Assembly (NCBI RefSeq): GCF_000526155.1 | Contig: NZ_JAFN01000001.1 | Location: 3,070,264 to 3,102,263, forward strand | DNA: 32,000 bases | DNA from: Deferrisoma camini S3R1 | Lineage (GTDB): Bacteria; Desulfobacterota; Deferrisomatia; Deferrisomatales; Deferrisomataceae | Direction: 5' to 3' | Shown here: positions 8,860-16,249 of the stretch, piece by piece | Layout of the letters: every line of letters starts with the position of its first letter | Position numbering within the stretch: position 1 is the stretch's first letter | Notes under the pieces: model-generated | Database searches by the model: none | Told to the model about the DNA's origin: nothing | Seen by the model: only the letters and a program-made list of their open reading frames with translations | Translations under genes and position numbers: made by a program

Positions 8860-9837
8860 CTACCGGCCCTGTCCTCCGTCCTCTGTCCTCCGACCCCCGG
8901 CCCCTGCCGAGCGGTCCGCGGCCCGGGCCACCTCGGCGAGGGCCTCCCGCAGCCCCGGGGTGGGCACGAAGGCGCACCCCTCGGCCGGGCTCACCCGCCA
9001 GCCCTTGCGTTCCCGCACGATCTCGATCCAGAGCTGCTGGTCCAGGTTCGGCTCCACGATCACCGCCCGCACCATGGCCCGCTGCCGCACGGGATCGTAC
9101 ACCACGTCCTTGAACGCCACCGTGGCCTCGCCCCGCACGGTCCGGGGCGCGAACCCCGCCGGGTCGAACCCGCTCACCGGATACCGGATCACCTCCACCT
9201 CCTCGGGCACCGGCACCTCGGGGTGCCGCACCTTCACCAGCCGGATCTCGTGGAACCGCTCCTGGCCGCCATCCACCCACTTCTCCTCGAACCGGGTCCC
9301 GAACCCCGGCCGGATCTCCCGCCGCTCGGCCCGCAGCGGACCGCCTCGGGCCTGCTCGCAGATCCAGTCCGCATAGGGCCCGTGGTCGGTGACCAGGTAC
9401 ACCTCGCCCCCGTCCCGGAGCCGGGACGCGACCAGGTCCTGGAAGGCCCTTCCGAAAAGACGCCGGCCCTCGTGCCGGTCCTTGGGCCAAGGGTCCAGGA
9501 ACAGGGCCACCACCCGGTCCACCGACCGGGGCGCAGCCACCCGGTGGAGCACGAACCGGGCGTCGGCCAGCACGCCCCGCACGTTCGCACACCCCGCCCG
9601 GGCGGCCCGCTCCAGGGCCCGGGCCAGCCGACCCCACTGGAGCTCCAGGCCCAGGTAGTTCCGGTCCGGGTGGGCGGCCGCCTCCCGGACCAGGCGCTCC
9701 CCCGTGCCCGGGCCGATCTCGATCTCCACCGGGCCGGGCCGGCCGAACAGGGCCGCCCAGTCCTGGGGCCGGCCCAGCCGCCACCACGGCACGAACCCCT
9801 CGGGCACCGGGAAGAACGTGCGCCGGCTGCCTCCCAC
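8860..9837 (-). CDS. trmB: tRNA (guanine-N7)-methyltransferase with an extra C-terminal domain of about 110 aa
   Basis: EIGPGTGE SAM-binding motif, LGLE, and FLDPWPKDRHEGRR (the FPDPWPKKRHHKRR-type TrmB motif). 325 aa, against about 210-240 aa for typical TrmB. Confidence 0.85.
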   Translation of the reverse strand: MGGSRRTFFPVPEGFVPWWRLGRPQDWAALFGRPGPVEIEIGPGTGERLVREAAAHPDRNYLGLELQWGRLARALERAARAGCANVRGVLADARFVLHRVAAPRSVDRVVALFLDPWPKDRHEGRRLFGRAFQDLVASRLRDGGEVYLVTDHGPYADWICEQARGGPLRAERREIRPGFGTRFEEKWVDGGQERFHEIRLVKVRHPEVPVPEEVEVIRYPVSGFDPAGFAPRTVRGEATVAFKDVVYDPVRQRAMVRAVIVEPNLDQQLWIEIVRERKGWRVSPAEGCAFVPTPGLREALAEVARAADRSAGAGGRRTEDGGQGR

Positions 9838-9838
9838 G

Positions 9839-9931
9839 TCAGCCGGCTCCCTTCAGGGCCTGGGGGGAGAAGGTCTCACCGGTGTCGCTCGGCAGCTCGA
9901 AGGGGGGCAGCGGGTCGCCGGGTTTCAGCAT
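9839..9931 (-). pseudogene. 30-codon stub of a Bcp-type peroxiredoxin (N-terminal strand only) directly upstream of trmB
   Basis: MLKPGDPLPPFELPSDTGETFSPQALKGAG matches the Bcp/AhpC-TSA N-terminal pattern (LKxGDxxPxFxLPxxxGxxxS....KG) but stops before the catalytic Cys region. AGGAG SD 7 nt upstream. Its TGA ends 1 nt before the trmB GTG. Confidence 0.6.
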
Positions 9932-9967
9932 GGCGAGGCTCCTATGGATCGGCTCGGGAAGACGCGC

Positions 9968-9997
9968 ATCATACCCCAGCCGGATCGTCCGGCCCAA
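9968..9997 (-). promoter_or_regulatory. Possible sigma70-type promoter for the stub-trmB unit (TTGGGC-N18-TATGAT on the minus strand)
   Basis: The TATGAT -10-like hexamer is the reverse complement of 9968-9973, with a weak -35. By-eye pattern match only. Confidence 0.3.
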
Positions 9998-10140
9998 GAC
10001 GCTTGAGGAAGCCCGGGCGCTCGTGGTACAGGATGCGGCCTTTCGGGGGAACTTCGTCCCCGGCCTGCGGTCGACGGTCTTCGGTCCCTGGCAGGGCAAG
10101 AGGGTCTCCCCAGCCCGGGCCGCCCGGCGCCAAGGGAGCG

Positions 10141-10184
10141 GCTTCGGCGCGTGAGGGCACGCGCCGAAGCGGGCCGAAGGCCCC
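10141..10184. other. Two adjacent hairpins in a divergent intergenic region
   Basis: 13-bp perfect stem GCTTCGGCGCGTG / CACGCGCCGAAGC with a 4-nt loop (10141-10170), then GGGCC-GAA-GGCCC (10171-10184). The second motif recurs at 20884-20896 and, reverse-complemented, at about 22050-22062. Confidence 0.65.
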
Positions 10185-10185
10185 A

Positions 10186-10217
10186 GACCAACGACCGTAG
10201 ACCGACGACCGAATTAC
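10186..10217 (+). repeat. Heptad leader cassette (GACCAAC GACCGTA GACCGAC GACCGAA TTAC) 5' of the aminotransferase gene
   Basis: 7-bp periodicity read directly. Same family as 3248-3280, 22007-22042, 30505-30532 and 8546-8602. Confidence 0.75.
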
Positions 10218-11582
10218 ATGAAGGACCTCTCCATGCGATCCTACGAGTCCCGATACCGCGACCTCACCCCCCGTTCCTCGGCCCTGGACGAGCGGGCCCG
10301 GGGCCTGCTGCCCGGGGGCATCAGCCACAACCTGCGGCGGTTCGACCCGTACCCCCTGTACGCGGCCCGGGCCGAGGGGGCCCGGGTGCTCGACCCCGAC
10401 GGCAACTCGTACCTGGACCTGTGGATGGGCCACTACGCCCTCGTGTTCGGCCACGCCTTCCCCCCCGTGCGCCGGGCCGTGGAGCAGGTGCTGGCCGGGG
10501 GATGGCACTTCGGCATGCCGGTGGAGGCCGAGGTGGTGCTGGCCGAGCGGCTGCGCCGCGCCGTGCCGGCCATGGAGAAGATGCGGTTCTGCACCAGCGG
10601 CACCGAGGCCACCATGTACGCGGTGCGCCTGGCCCGGGGGTTCACCCGGAAGCCCTGGGTGCTCAAGGCGGCCGGGGGGTGGCACGGCGCCAGCACCGAT
10701 CTGTCGTTCGCGGTGAAGCCACCGTTCCGGGGCGCCGAGGGCCCGGGCCTGCTGCCGCCCCGGGAGCAGGGGGTGGACCTGATCGCGTTCAACGACGTGG
10801 AGGCCACCGAGCGGGTCGTGGAGGCCCACCGGGGAGGGATCGCCGGCATCATCGTGGAGCCCATGCTGGGCTCGGGCGGGTTCCTGCCGGCCGACCCGGC
10901 TTACCTGCGATACCTGCGGGAGGTGTGCGACCGCGAAGGGGCGGTGCTCATCTTCGACGAGATCATCACCGGGTTCCGGTTCCGATACGGAACCCTGGCC
11001 GACGCCTACGGGGTCCGACCCGATCTGACTACCCTGGGGAAGATCGTGGGCGGGGGGTTCCCCCTGGGCGTGTACGGGGGCCGACGCGAGGTCATGGACG
11101 CGGCCGACCCCCTCCAGGCCAAGGCGCCGGACCGGCCGGTGTTGGTGGGCGGGGGCACGTTCAGCTGCCACCCGGTGACCCTGGCCGCGGCCCTGGCCAC
11201 CCTGGAGGCCCTGGAGGCGTCCCGGGCCGAGCTGTACCCGGCTCTTGAGGCCCGGGGCGAACGCCTGCGCCGAGGGGTCGAGGAGCGGTTCGCGGCCGCG
11301 GGCGTGCCGGCCGCCTGCACCGGCCGGGCGAGCCTGTTCATGACCCATCTGCTGCGGGGCGGCGACCGGGACCTGCGCACGCCGGCCGACCTGGCGGCCA
11401 AGACCTTCTCGGCCGCCAAGGACCGGGAGCTTCGGCTAGCGCTCCTCGCCCACGGGGTGTTCGCCGTGCACGGCGGGGGGGCGCTCTCGGCCGCCCACGG
11501 CGAGCCCGAACTCCAAGTCCTGCTCGAAGCCTACGCCCGCGCCGCCGAGGACCTGGCCCGGGAGGGGTTCGAGCAGGGCTGA
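10218..11582 (+). CDS. Class-III PLP aminotransferase, glutamate-1-semialdehyde 2,1-aminomutase-like paralogue
   Basis: HemL-like pattern (LPGGISHN, FCTSGTEATMYAVRLARGFT, FDEIITGFR, TTLGKIVGGGFPLG with PLP lysine). By analogy with the sister leader cassettes, the true start may be the second ATG at 10233. Confidence 0.85.
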   Translation: MKDLSMRSYESRYRDLTPRSSALDERARGLLPGGISHNLRRFDPYPLYAARAEGARVLDPDGNSYLDLWMGHYALVFGHAFPPVRRAVEQVLAGGWHFGMPVEAEVVLAERLRRAVPAMEKMRFCTSGTEATMYAVRLARGFTRKPWVLKAAGGWHGASTDLSFAVKPPFRGAEGPGLLPPREQGVDLIAFNDVEATERVVEAHRGGIAGIIVEPMLGSGGFLPADPAYLRYLREVCDREGAVLIFDEIITGFRFRYGTLADAYGVRPDLTTLGKIVGGGFPLGVYGGRREVMDAADPLQAKAPDRPVLVGGGTFSCHPVTLAAALATLEALEASRAELYPALEARGERLRRGVEERFAAAGVPAACTGRASLFMTHLLRGGDRDLRTPADLAAKTFSAAKDRELRLALLAHGVFAVHGGGALSAAHGEPELQVLLEAYARAAEDLAREGFEQG

Positions 11583-11610
11583 GATCCCCGGCCCGCGCGC
11601 CGCCGCACAA

Positions 11611-11640
11611 ACGAAGGCCCCCGACGCCGGGGGCCTTCGT
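11611..11640 (+). terminator. Hairpin terminator candidate after the aminotransferase gene (no T-tract)
   Basis: 12-13 bp stem ACGAAGGCCCCC / GGGGGCCTTCGT, 29 nt after the stop codon. Confidence 0.55.
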
Positions 11641-11796
11641 CGCTGTCACGGCCTACAGTCCCAGAGCCATAGAGCGCCCCGCGGGCGCAGGACTCTCCAT
11701 CATCCGGGACGACCGATGGGGGTGGATCTTCGCAACACCGGTGGGCCAAACGCCCGGTGTTCGGCGCGCACGGCGCGCCCTATGGGGTTGCCCGGA

Positions 11797-11842
11797 TTGA
11801 CGGAAAGCGGAGAGGCTGGCATATATTTTGGTATATACCAGC
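11797..11842 (+). promoter_or_regulatory. vapBC promoter plus palindromic operator in a local AT-rich island
   Basis: TTGACG (11797-11802), then an ATATAT -10-like block 17-19 nt downstream. Inverted repeat GCTGGCATATA (11815-11825) / TATATACCAGC (11832-11842) with one mismatch. Confidence 0.55.
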
Positions 11843-11862
11843 TTCGGGCGCGGAGGATCCCC

Positions 11863-12090
11863 ATGCAAACGGCAAAGCTGTTCCGAAACGGGCGGAGTCA
11901 GGCGGTTCGGCTGCCGAAGGCGTTCCGGTTCGCCGGGGAGGAGGTGTTCATCAAGAAGGTGGGGGGAGTGGTGTTGCTCATCCCCAAGGGCGATCCCTGG
12001 GGCGAGCTGGTGGGGAGCCTCGATGGGTTCACAGAGGACTTTATGGAGACCCGGCACCAGCCGGATCAGCCCGACCGGGAACCCCTGTGA
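11863..12090 (+). CDS. vapB: AbrB/SpoVT-fold type II antitoxin
   Basis: 75 aa. MQTAKLFRNGRSQAVRLPKAFRF is the classic AbrB-type VapB N-terminus. GGAGG SD. Stop overlaps the vapC GTG (GTGA). Confidence 0.85.
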   Translation: MQTAKLFRNGRSQAVRLPKAFRFAGEEVFIKKVGGVVLLIPKGDPWGELVGSLDGFTEDFMETRHQPDQPDREPL

Positions 12091-12491
12091 TCCGGTATCT
12101 GCTCGACACGAACATCTGCATCTACGTCATCCGGGAGAAGCCCGAGGGGGTCATACGGCGGTTTCGCCGGCTGCCCGTTTCGAGCGTGGCGATCTCCTCG
12201 ATCACGTTGAGTGAACTCGAATACGGCGTCGAGAAGAGCTCCCGGCCGGTTCAAAACCGATTCGCCTTGCTCCGGTTCCTGGCCCCCCTGGAGATCCTGC
12301 CGTACGGCGCCGACGCGGCCCGCGTCTACGGCCGCATCCGGGCGCACTTGGAGCGGCAGGGCACGCCCATCGGCGCGCTCGACACCCTGATCGCGGCTCA
12401 GGCCCTCTCGGCTGGCTGCGCGCTGGTGACGAACAACGAACGGGAGTTCCGCCGGGTGCCGGGCCTCCGGGTGGAGAACTGGGCGGCTTAG
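12087..12491 (+). CDS. vapC: PIN-domain ribonuclease toxin
   Basis: 134 aa with PIN acidic residues in LLDTNICIY, TLSELEYG, ALDTLIAAQA and LVTNNEREF. Confidence 0.9.
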   Translation: MIRYLLDTNICIYVIREKPEGVIRRFRRLPVSSVAISSITLSELEYGVEKSSRPVQNRFALLRFLAPLEILPYGADAARVYGRIRAHLERQGTPIGALDTLIAAQALSAGCALVTNNEREFRRVPGLRVENWAA

Positions 12492-13444
12492 CGCCGCTCC
12501 ACCCGCCGGAACCCGCCGGCCTCGATCACCGCAACGCCCGGCTCCAGGGCGGCGTCCAGCAGAAGGTTCAGGCCCAGGTTGTCCGAGGCGATGTGGCCGG
12601 CCAGCACCACGTTGAGGTGGTGCTTCTTGGCCTCCTCCACGTGCTCCTTGGAGAGGTGCATGCCCACGATGGTGGACACCTCGGTGGCCTGGGCGAACTT
12701 CTGGTACATCTCCTTGGCCCCCTCGGTGCCCCCGGTCATGTCCACGAAGATCTTCCCGGCCCGCGCCTTCTTGTCACCGGCCACGATCACCGGGCCGGCC
12801 TGGTCCCGTCGGGCCTCCTGGTACTCGGGGATGGCATGGAGCAGGTCGAGCACGTCCCCCAGGGTGCGGGGCTGCTCCCGGTCGAAGAGCTCCGTCAGGA
12901 ACGTGGCCACGCAGTTGTCGGCCGGGGTGTGCACGCACACCAGGGGCACGTCCAGGAGCCGGGCCGCGTCCACCGCGCGCTGGTGGTTCACGGGCTGGAT
13001 CCGCTCCGACACCTCCCGCAGCCGGGGACCCAGGATCCCCTCGGCCTGGCCCACGGGCACCCCCAGCCCGGCGTGGATGCCGGCCTGGATCCGCATGACC
13101 TCCGGGAGCTGGGCCAGGGCGTGGCCCCGGGGATGGTGGGCCACCACGGCGTCCACCGGCCGGCCCTTCTCCCGGAGCCGGTCGGCCAGCAGGATCTCGT
13201 CGCCCTCCACGTCCACGGCCACCATCACGGCCCGGAGCTCGGCGGCCGGGTCGCCGTGGAGGATCCGGGTGTCGGCGTAGGGGTTTTCGAGGCGCTCCCG
13301 GTCGAAGAACTCCCGGTCCTTCTCCGGAAGCTCCTCCCACTCCTTGGCCGCGGCCCTGAGGTCGGCCTCGGCCTCGGCCCGGCCCCGGGGGTCCTGGTCC
13401 ATCCCCTTCTCCACGGCCCTGCGGTACAGGTCTACGAGCGTCAT
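12488..13444 (-). CDS. NIF3-family dinuclear-metal-centre protein (GTP cyclohydrolase 1 type 2-like)
   Basis: ATG at 13444 (MTLVDLYRR). VVAHHPRG (HHP motif) and AGHIASDNLG near the C-terminus. The longer track ORF upstream is Arg/Pro-rich high-GC noise. Confidence 0.75.
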   Translation of the reverse strand: MTLVDLYRRAVEKGMDQDPRGRAEAEADLRAAAKEWEELPEKDREFFDRERLENPYADTRILHGDPAAELRAVMVAVDVEGDEILLADRLREKGRPVDAVVAHHPRGHALAQLPEVMRIQAGIHAGLGVPVGQAEGILGPRLREVSERIQPVNHQRAVDAARLLDVPLVCVHTPADNCVATFLTELFDREQPRTLGDVLDLLHAIPEYQEARRDQAGPVIVAGDKKARAGKIFVDMTGGTEGAKEMYQKFAQATEVSTIVGMHLSKEHVEEAKKHHLNVVLAGHIASDNLGLNLLLDAALEPGVAVIEAGGFRRVERR

Positions 13445-13540
13445 GGGTTCGTCCCTCCGCGTAACGGGTTCGGCGAGAAGCTCGCCGCCAGTATGCCTGG
13501 TCCGGCACCTCGGACAAAAGGCCCCATTCGGGTGGGTTTC

Positions 13541-13569
13541 TTGACCGACCCCGGGGCGTCTCCTAGAAT
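13541..13569 (+). promoter_or_regulatory. Near-consensus sigma70-type promoter TTGACC-N17-TAGAAT about 200 nt upstream of the metal-transporter operon
   Basis: Hexamers at 13541-13546 and 13564-13569 with a 17-nt spacer, read directly. Such a clean match is unusual in this GC-rich context. Confidence 0.5.
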
Positions 13570-13768
13570 TTGGGCCCTCGGCCCGTTGGGCGGCCGGGCA
13601 GCTTGGCTGCCCCTGGCTCCCGGCCTTGCGCGGGCGCGGCGCCCCTGCCCGGGCCTTGCGGCCCGGGATCGCGACCGCATGGCCGGTCCTACACACAGGG
13701 GCTTGAGGGGGCTTTCGAGGGTTTCTCTGTCGGGCGCGGGGTTTCGCGCCCCTTCCGGGAACGGCTCC

Positions 13769-14641
13769 ATGCGCATCGTGCTCGCCCTCCTTCTCTCGAT
13801 CCTTCTCGCCGCTCCGGCCGGGGCGACGGACCGGATCCGGGTGGTCACCACCCTGCCCGACCTGGCCGACTGGGTGCGGGAGATCGGTGGCGACCGGGTG
13901 GAGGTCCGCTCCCTGCTCACGGGCCTCGAAACCCCCCACACCTACGAGCCCCGGGTGTCCGACGTGAAGGCCGTGGCCGGGAGCCGGGTGCTCGTGATGG
14001 TGGGCCTGGGGCTCGAGGAGTGGGTGAAGGGGCTGGTGCAGAACGCGAGGAACAGCGAGCTGATCCTGGTGGAGGCGGCCCGGGGGGTGCCGACGATCCA
14101 GGGGGACGACCACGACGGCGGGGCGGGCAACCCCCACGTCTGGCTCGACCCGGCCCGGGCCGAGACCATGTGCCGGAACATCGCCCGGGCCCTCGAGAGG
14201 GCCGACCCGTTCGCCGGCGACTACTACGAGGTCCGCTTCCAGGCCTACCGGGACCGGCTCCGGCAGACCGCCGAACGGATCCGGGCCCGGGTGGCGGGCC
14301 TTCCGGACCGGCGGTTCCTGGCCTACCACCCGGCCTGGCCCTACTTTGCCGAGGGGCTGGGGTTCGAGCTGGTGGGCACGGTGGTCGAGCAGCCGGGCCG
14401 TCAGCCCTCGGCCCGGGCCCTGGCACGGCTGATCGACCGGATCCGCTCCGAAGGCATCCGGGTGCTCGTGACCGAGCCGCAGCTTCCCTCCAAGCTCCCG
14501 GAACTCCTCCACCAGGAGACCGGGATCCGGGTGGTCACGCTGAGCCCGTTGCTGGGGGCCTCGCCCGCCCAAACCTACCTGGAGCTCCTGGAGCGCAACG
14601 CCCAGACCCTGATCGAGGCGCTCGCCGAGGAGCCGCCGTGA
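13769..14641 (+). CDS. Metal (Zn/Mn-type) ABC transporter substrate-binding protein, ZnuA/TroA family
   Basis: Signal peptide MRIVLALLLSILLAAPAGA. Family pattern HTYEP, NPHVWLDP and a short acidic/His loop DDHDGG. Confidence 0.88.
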   Translation: MRIVLALLLSILLAAPAGATDRIRVVTTLPDLADWVREIGGDRVEVRSLLTGLETPHTYEPRVSDVKAVAGSRVLVMVGLGLEEWVKGLVQNARNSELILVEAARGVPTIQGDDHDGGAGNPHVWLDPARAETMCRNIARALERADPFAGDYYEVRFQAYRDRLRQTAERIRARVAGLPDRRFLAYHPAWPYFAEGLGFELVGTVVEQPGRQPSARALARLIDRIRSEGIRVLVTEPQLPSKLPELLHQETGIRVVTLSPLLGASPAQTYLELLERNAQTLIEALAEEPP

Positions 14642-15441
14642 CCTACCTGCCCTCGGCTCCGGACCCGGCCGTCCGGTTCGAGCGGGCCACCGTGGCCTAC
14701 GACGGCACCCCCGCCCTGGAGGAGGTCACCCTGGAGATCCCCGCCGGCGCCCTGGTGGGCGTGATCGGGCCCAACGGGTCGGGCAAGACCACGTTCCTCA
14801 AGGCGATCCTCGGCCTCGTCCCCCCGGTCCAGGGACGGATCTTCGTGGGGGAGGAGTGCTGCCATCACCTCAAGCGGATCCGCCGGGAGATCGGGTACGT
14901 GCCCCAGGCCTCGCGGGTGGACCCCAACGCGCCGTTCCGGGTCCTGGACGTGGTGCTGATGGGCCTCTACCCGGGGCTCGGGCCCCTGCGCCGGCCGGGC
15001 CGGGAGGGGCGGCGCAAGGCCCTGGCCGCCCTGGAGGCGGTGGGCATGGAGGGGTTCGCCCTCCGGCCGGCCGGCCAGCTCTCGGGCGGGCAGCTCCAGC
15101 GGGTGGCCATCGCCCGGGCCCTGGTTCGCGACCCCCGCATCCTGCTGCTGGACGAGCCGTTCACGGGCCTCGACGTCCGGAGCCAGCACGCCGTGCTGGA
15201 CCTGGTGGTGCGCACCCACCGGCAGCGCCGGCTGACCACCGTGCTCGTCACCCACGACGTGAACCTAGTGTACCCCCACCTGGACCGGGTGCTCGCCCTG
15301 AACCGGCGGGTGTACGCCTACGGCCCCCCGCAAGAGGCCCTGGTGCGGGAGACCCTGGAGCGAATGTACGGCGCCGAGGTGCAGGTGCACGAGGCCGGCG
15401 GCCGGCCGTTCGTGTTCGCCGGGGACCACCACCATGGGTGA
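14638..15441 (+). CDS. Metal ABC transporter ATP-binding protein, ZnuC/TroB-like
   Basis: Walker A GPNGSGKTT, signature LSGGQLQR, Walker B LLLDEP. GTG overlaps the upstream stop (GTGA). Confidence 0.92.
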   Translation: MTYLPSAPDPAVRFERATVAYDGTPALEEVTLEIPAGALVGVIGPNGSGKTTFLKAILGLVPPVQGRIFVGEECCHHLKRIRREIGYVPQASRVDPNAPFRVLDVVLMGLYPGLGPLRRPGREGRRKALAALEAVGMEGFALRPAGQLSGGQLQRVAIARALVRDPRILLLDEPFTGLDVRSQHAVLDLVVRTHRQRRLTTVLVTHDVNLVYPHLDRVLALNRRVYAYGPPQEALVRETLERMYGAEVQVHEAGGRPFVFAGDHHHG

Positions 15442-16249
15442 GATGTTCTCCTACGCCTTCGTCCAGCGGGCCCTGCTGGCGAGCCTGCTGGTGGGCACGG
15501 CCTGCTCCCTGGTGGGGGTGTTCGTGGTGCTCCGGGGCCTGGCGTTCATCGGCGCGGGCATCGCCCACGCCGCGTTCGGGGGGGTGGCCCTGGGGTTTCT
15601 GCTGGGGTGGAACCCGCTCGTGACGGCCGTGGGGTTCTGCGTGGCCACGGCCGGCGCCATCCACGCCACCAGCCAGGCGGGCCGGATCCGCATGGACGCC
15701 TCGATCGGCATCTTCTACGCCCTGACCATGGCCCTGGGCATCCTGTTCGTGGGGCTCATGAAGACCTACGACGCCCGGCTCTACGGGTACCTGTTCGGCA
15801 ACATCCTGTCGGTCACGGCCACGGACCTGCGGATCATCGCGGCCCTGACCCTGGCGGTGGCCGCCACCGTGATCGTGTTCTTCAAGGAGTTCCAGCTGCT
15901 GTCGTTCGACCCCGAGGTGGCCGAGGCCCTGGGGCTCCCGGCCGGGCGGTACTCGTTCGTGATGCTCGTGCTCGTGAGCCTGACCATCGTGCTCAGCCTG
16001 GACGCGGTGGGCATCCTGCTGGTGTTCGCGCTGATCGTCACCCCGGCCTCGGCCGCCTACCAGCTCACCTACGACTACCGGGCGCTGTTCGTGCTCTCGG
16101 TCCTGTTCGGAAACCTTTCGTGCTTCCTGGGGCTGGTGCTCTCGTACGGGCTCGACGTGCCCAGCGGGGCCACCATCGTGCTCACCGCCACGGGGCTCTT
16201 TTTCGTGTGCCTGGCCCTCTCGCCCAAACGCCGGGGAGGACGCCCATGA
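15434..16249 (+). CDS. Metal ABC transporter permease, ZnuB/TroCD-like
   Basis: 271 aa polytopic membrane protein with ABC-3 family appearance (FVQRALLASLLVG...). Confidence 0.9.
   Translation: MGEMFSYAFVQRALLASLLVGTACSLVGVFVVLRGLAFIGAGIAHAAFGGVALGFLLGWNPLVTAVGFCVATAGAIHATSQAGRIRMDASIGIFYALTMALGILFVGLMKTYDARLYGYLFGNILSVTATDLRIIAALTLAVAATVIVFFKEFQLLSFDPEVAEALGLPAGRYSFVMLVLVSLTIVLSLDAVGILLVFALIVTPASAAYQLTYDYRALFVLSVLFGNLSCFLGLVLSYGLDVPSGATIVLTATGLFFVCLALSPKRRGGRP

Noticed and set aside
9839-10099. The full 86-aa track ORF containing the Bcp-like stub.
   Set aside because: Only the last 30 codons resemble peroxiredoxin and have an SD. The upstream 56 codons are noise-like and would cover the putative promoter.
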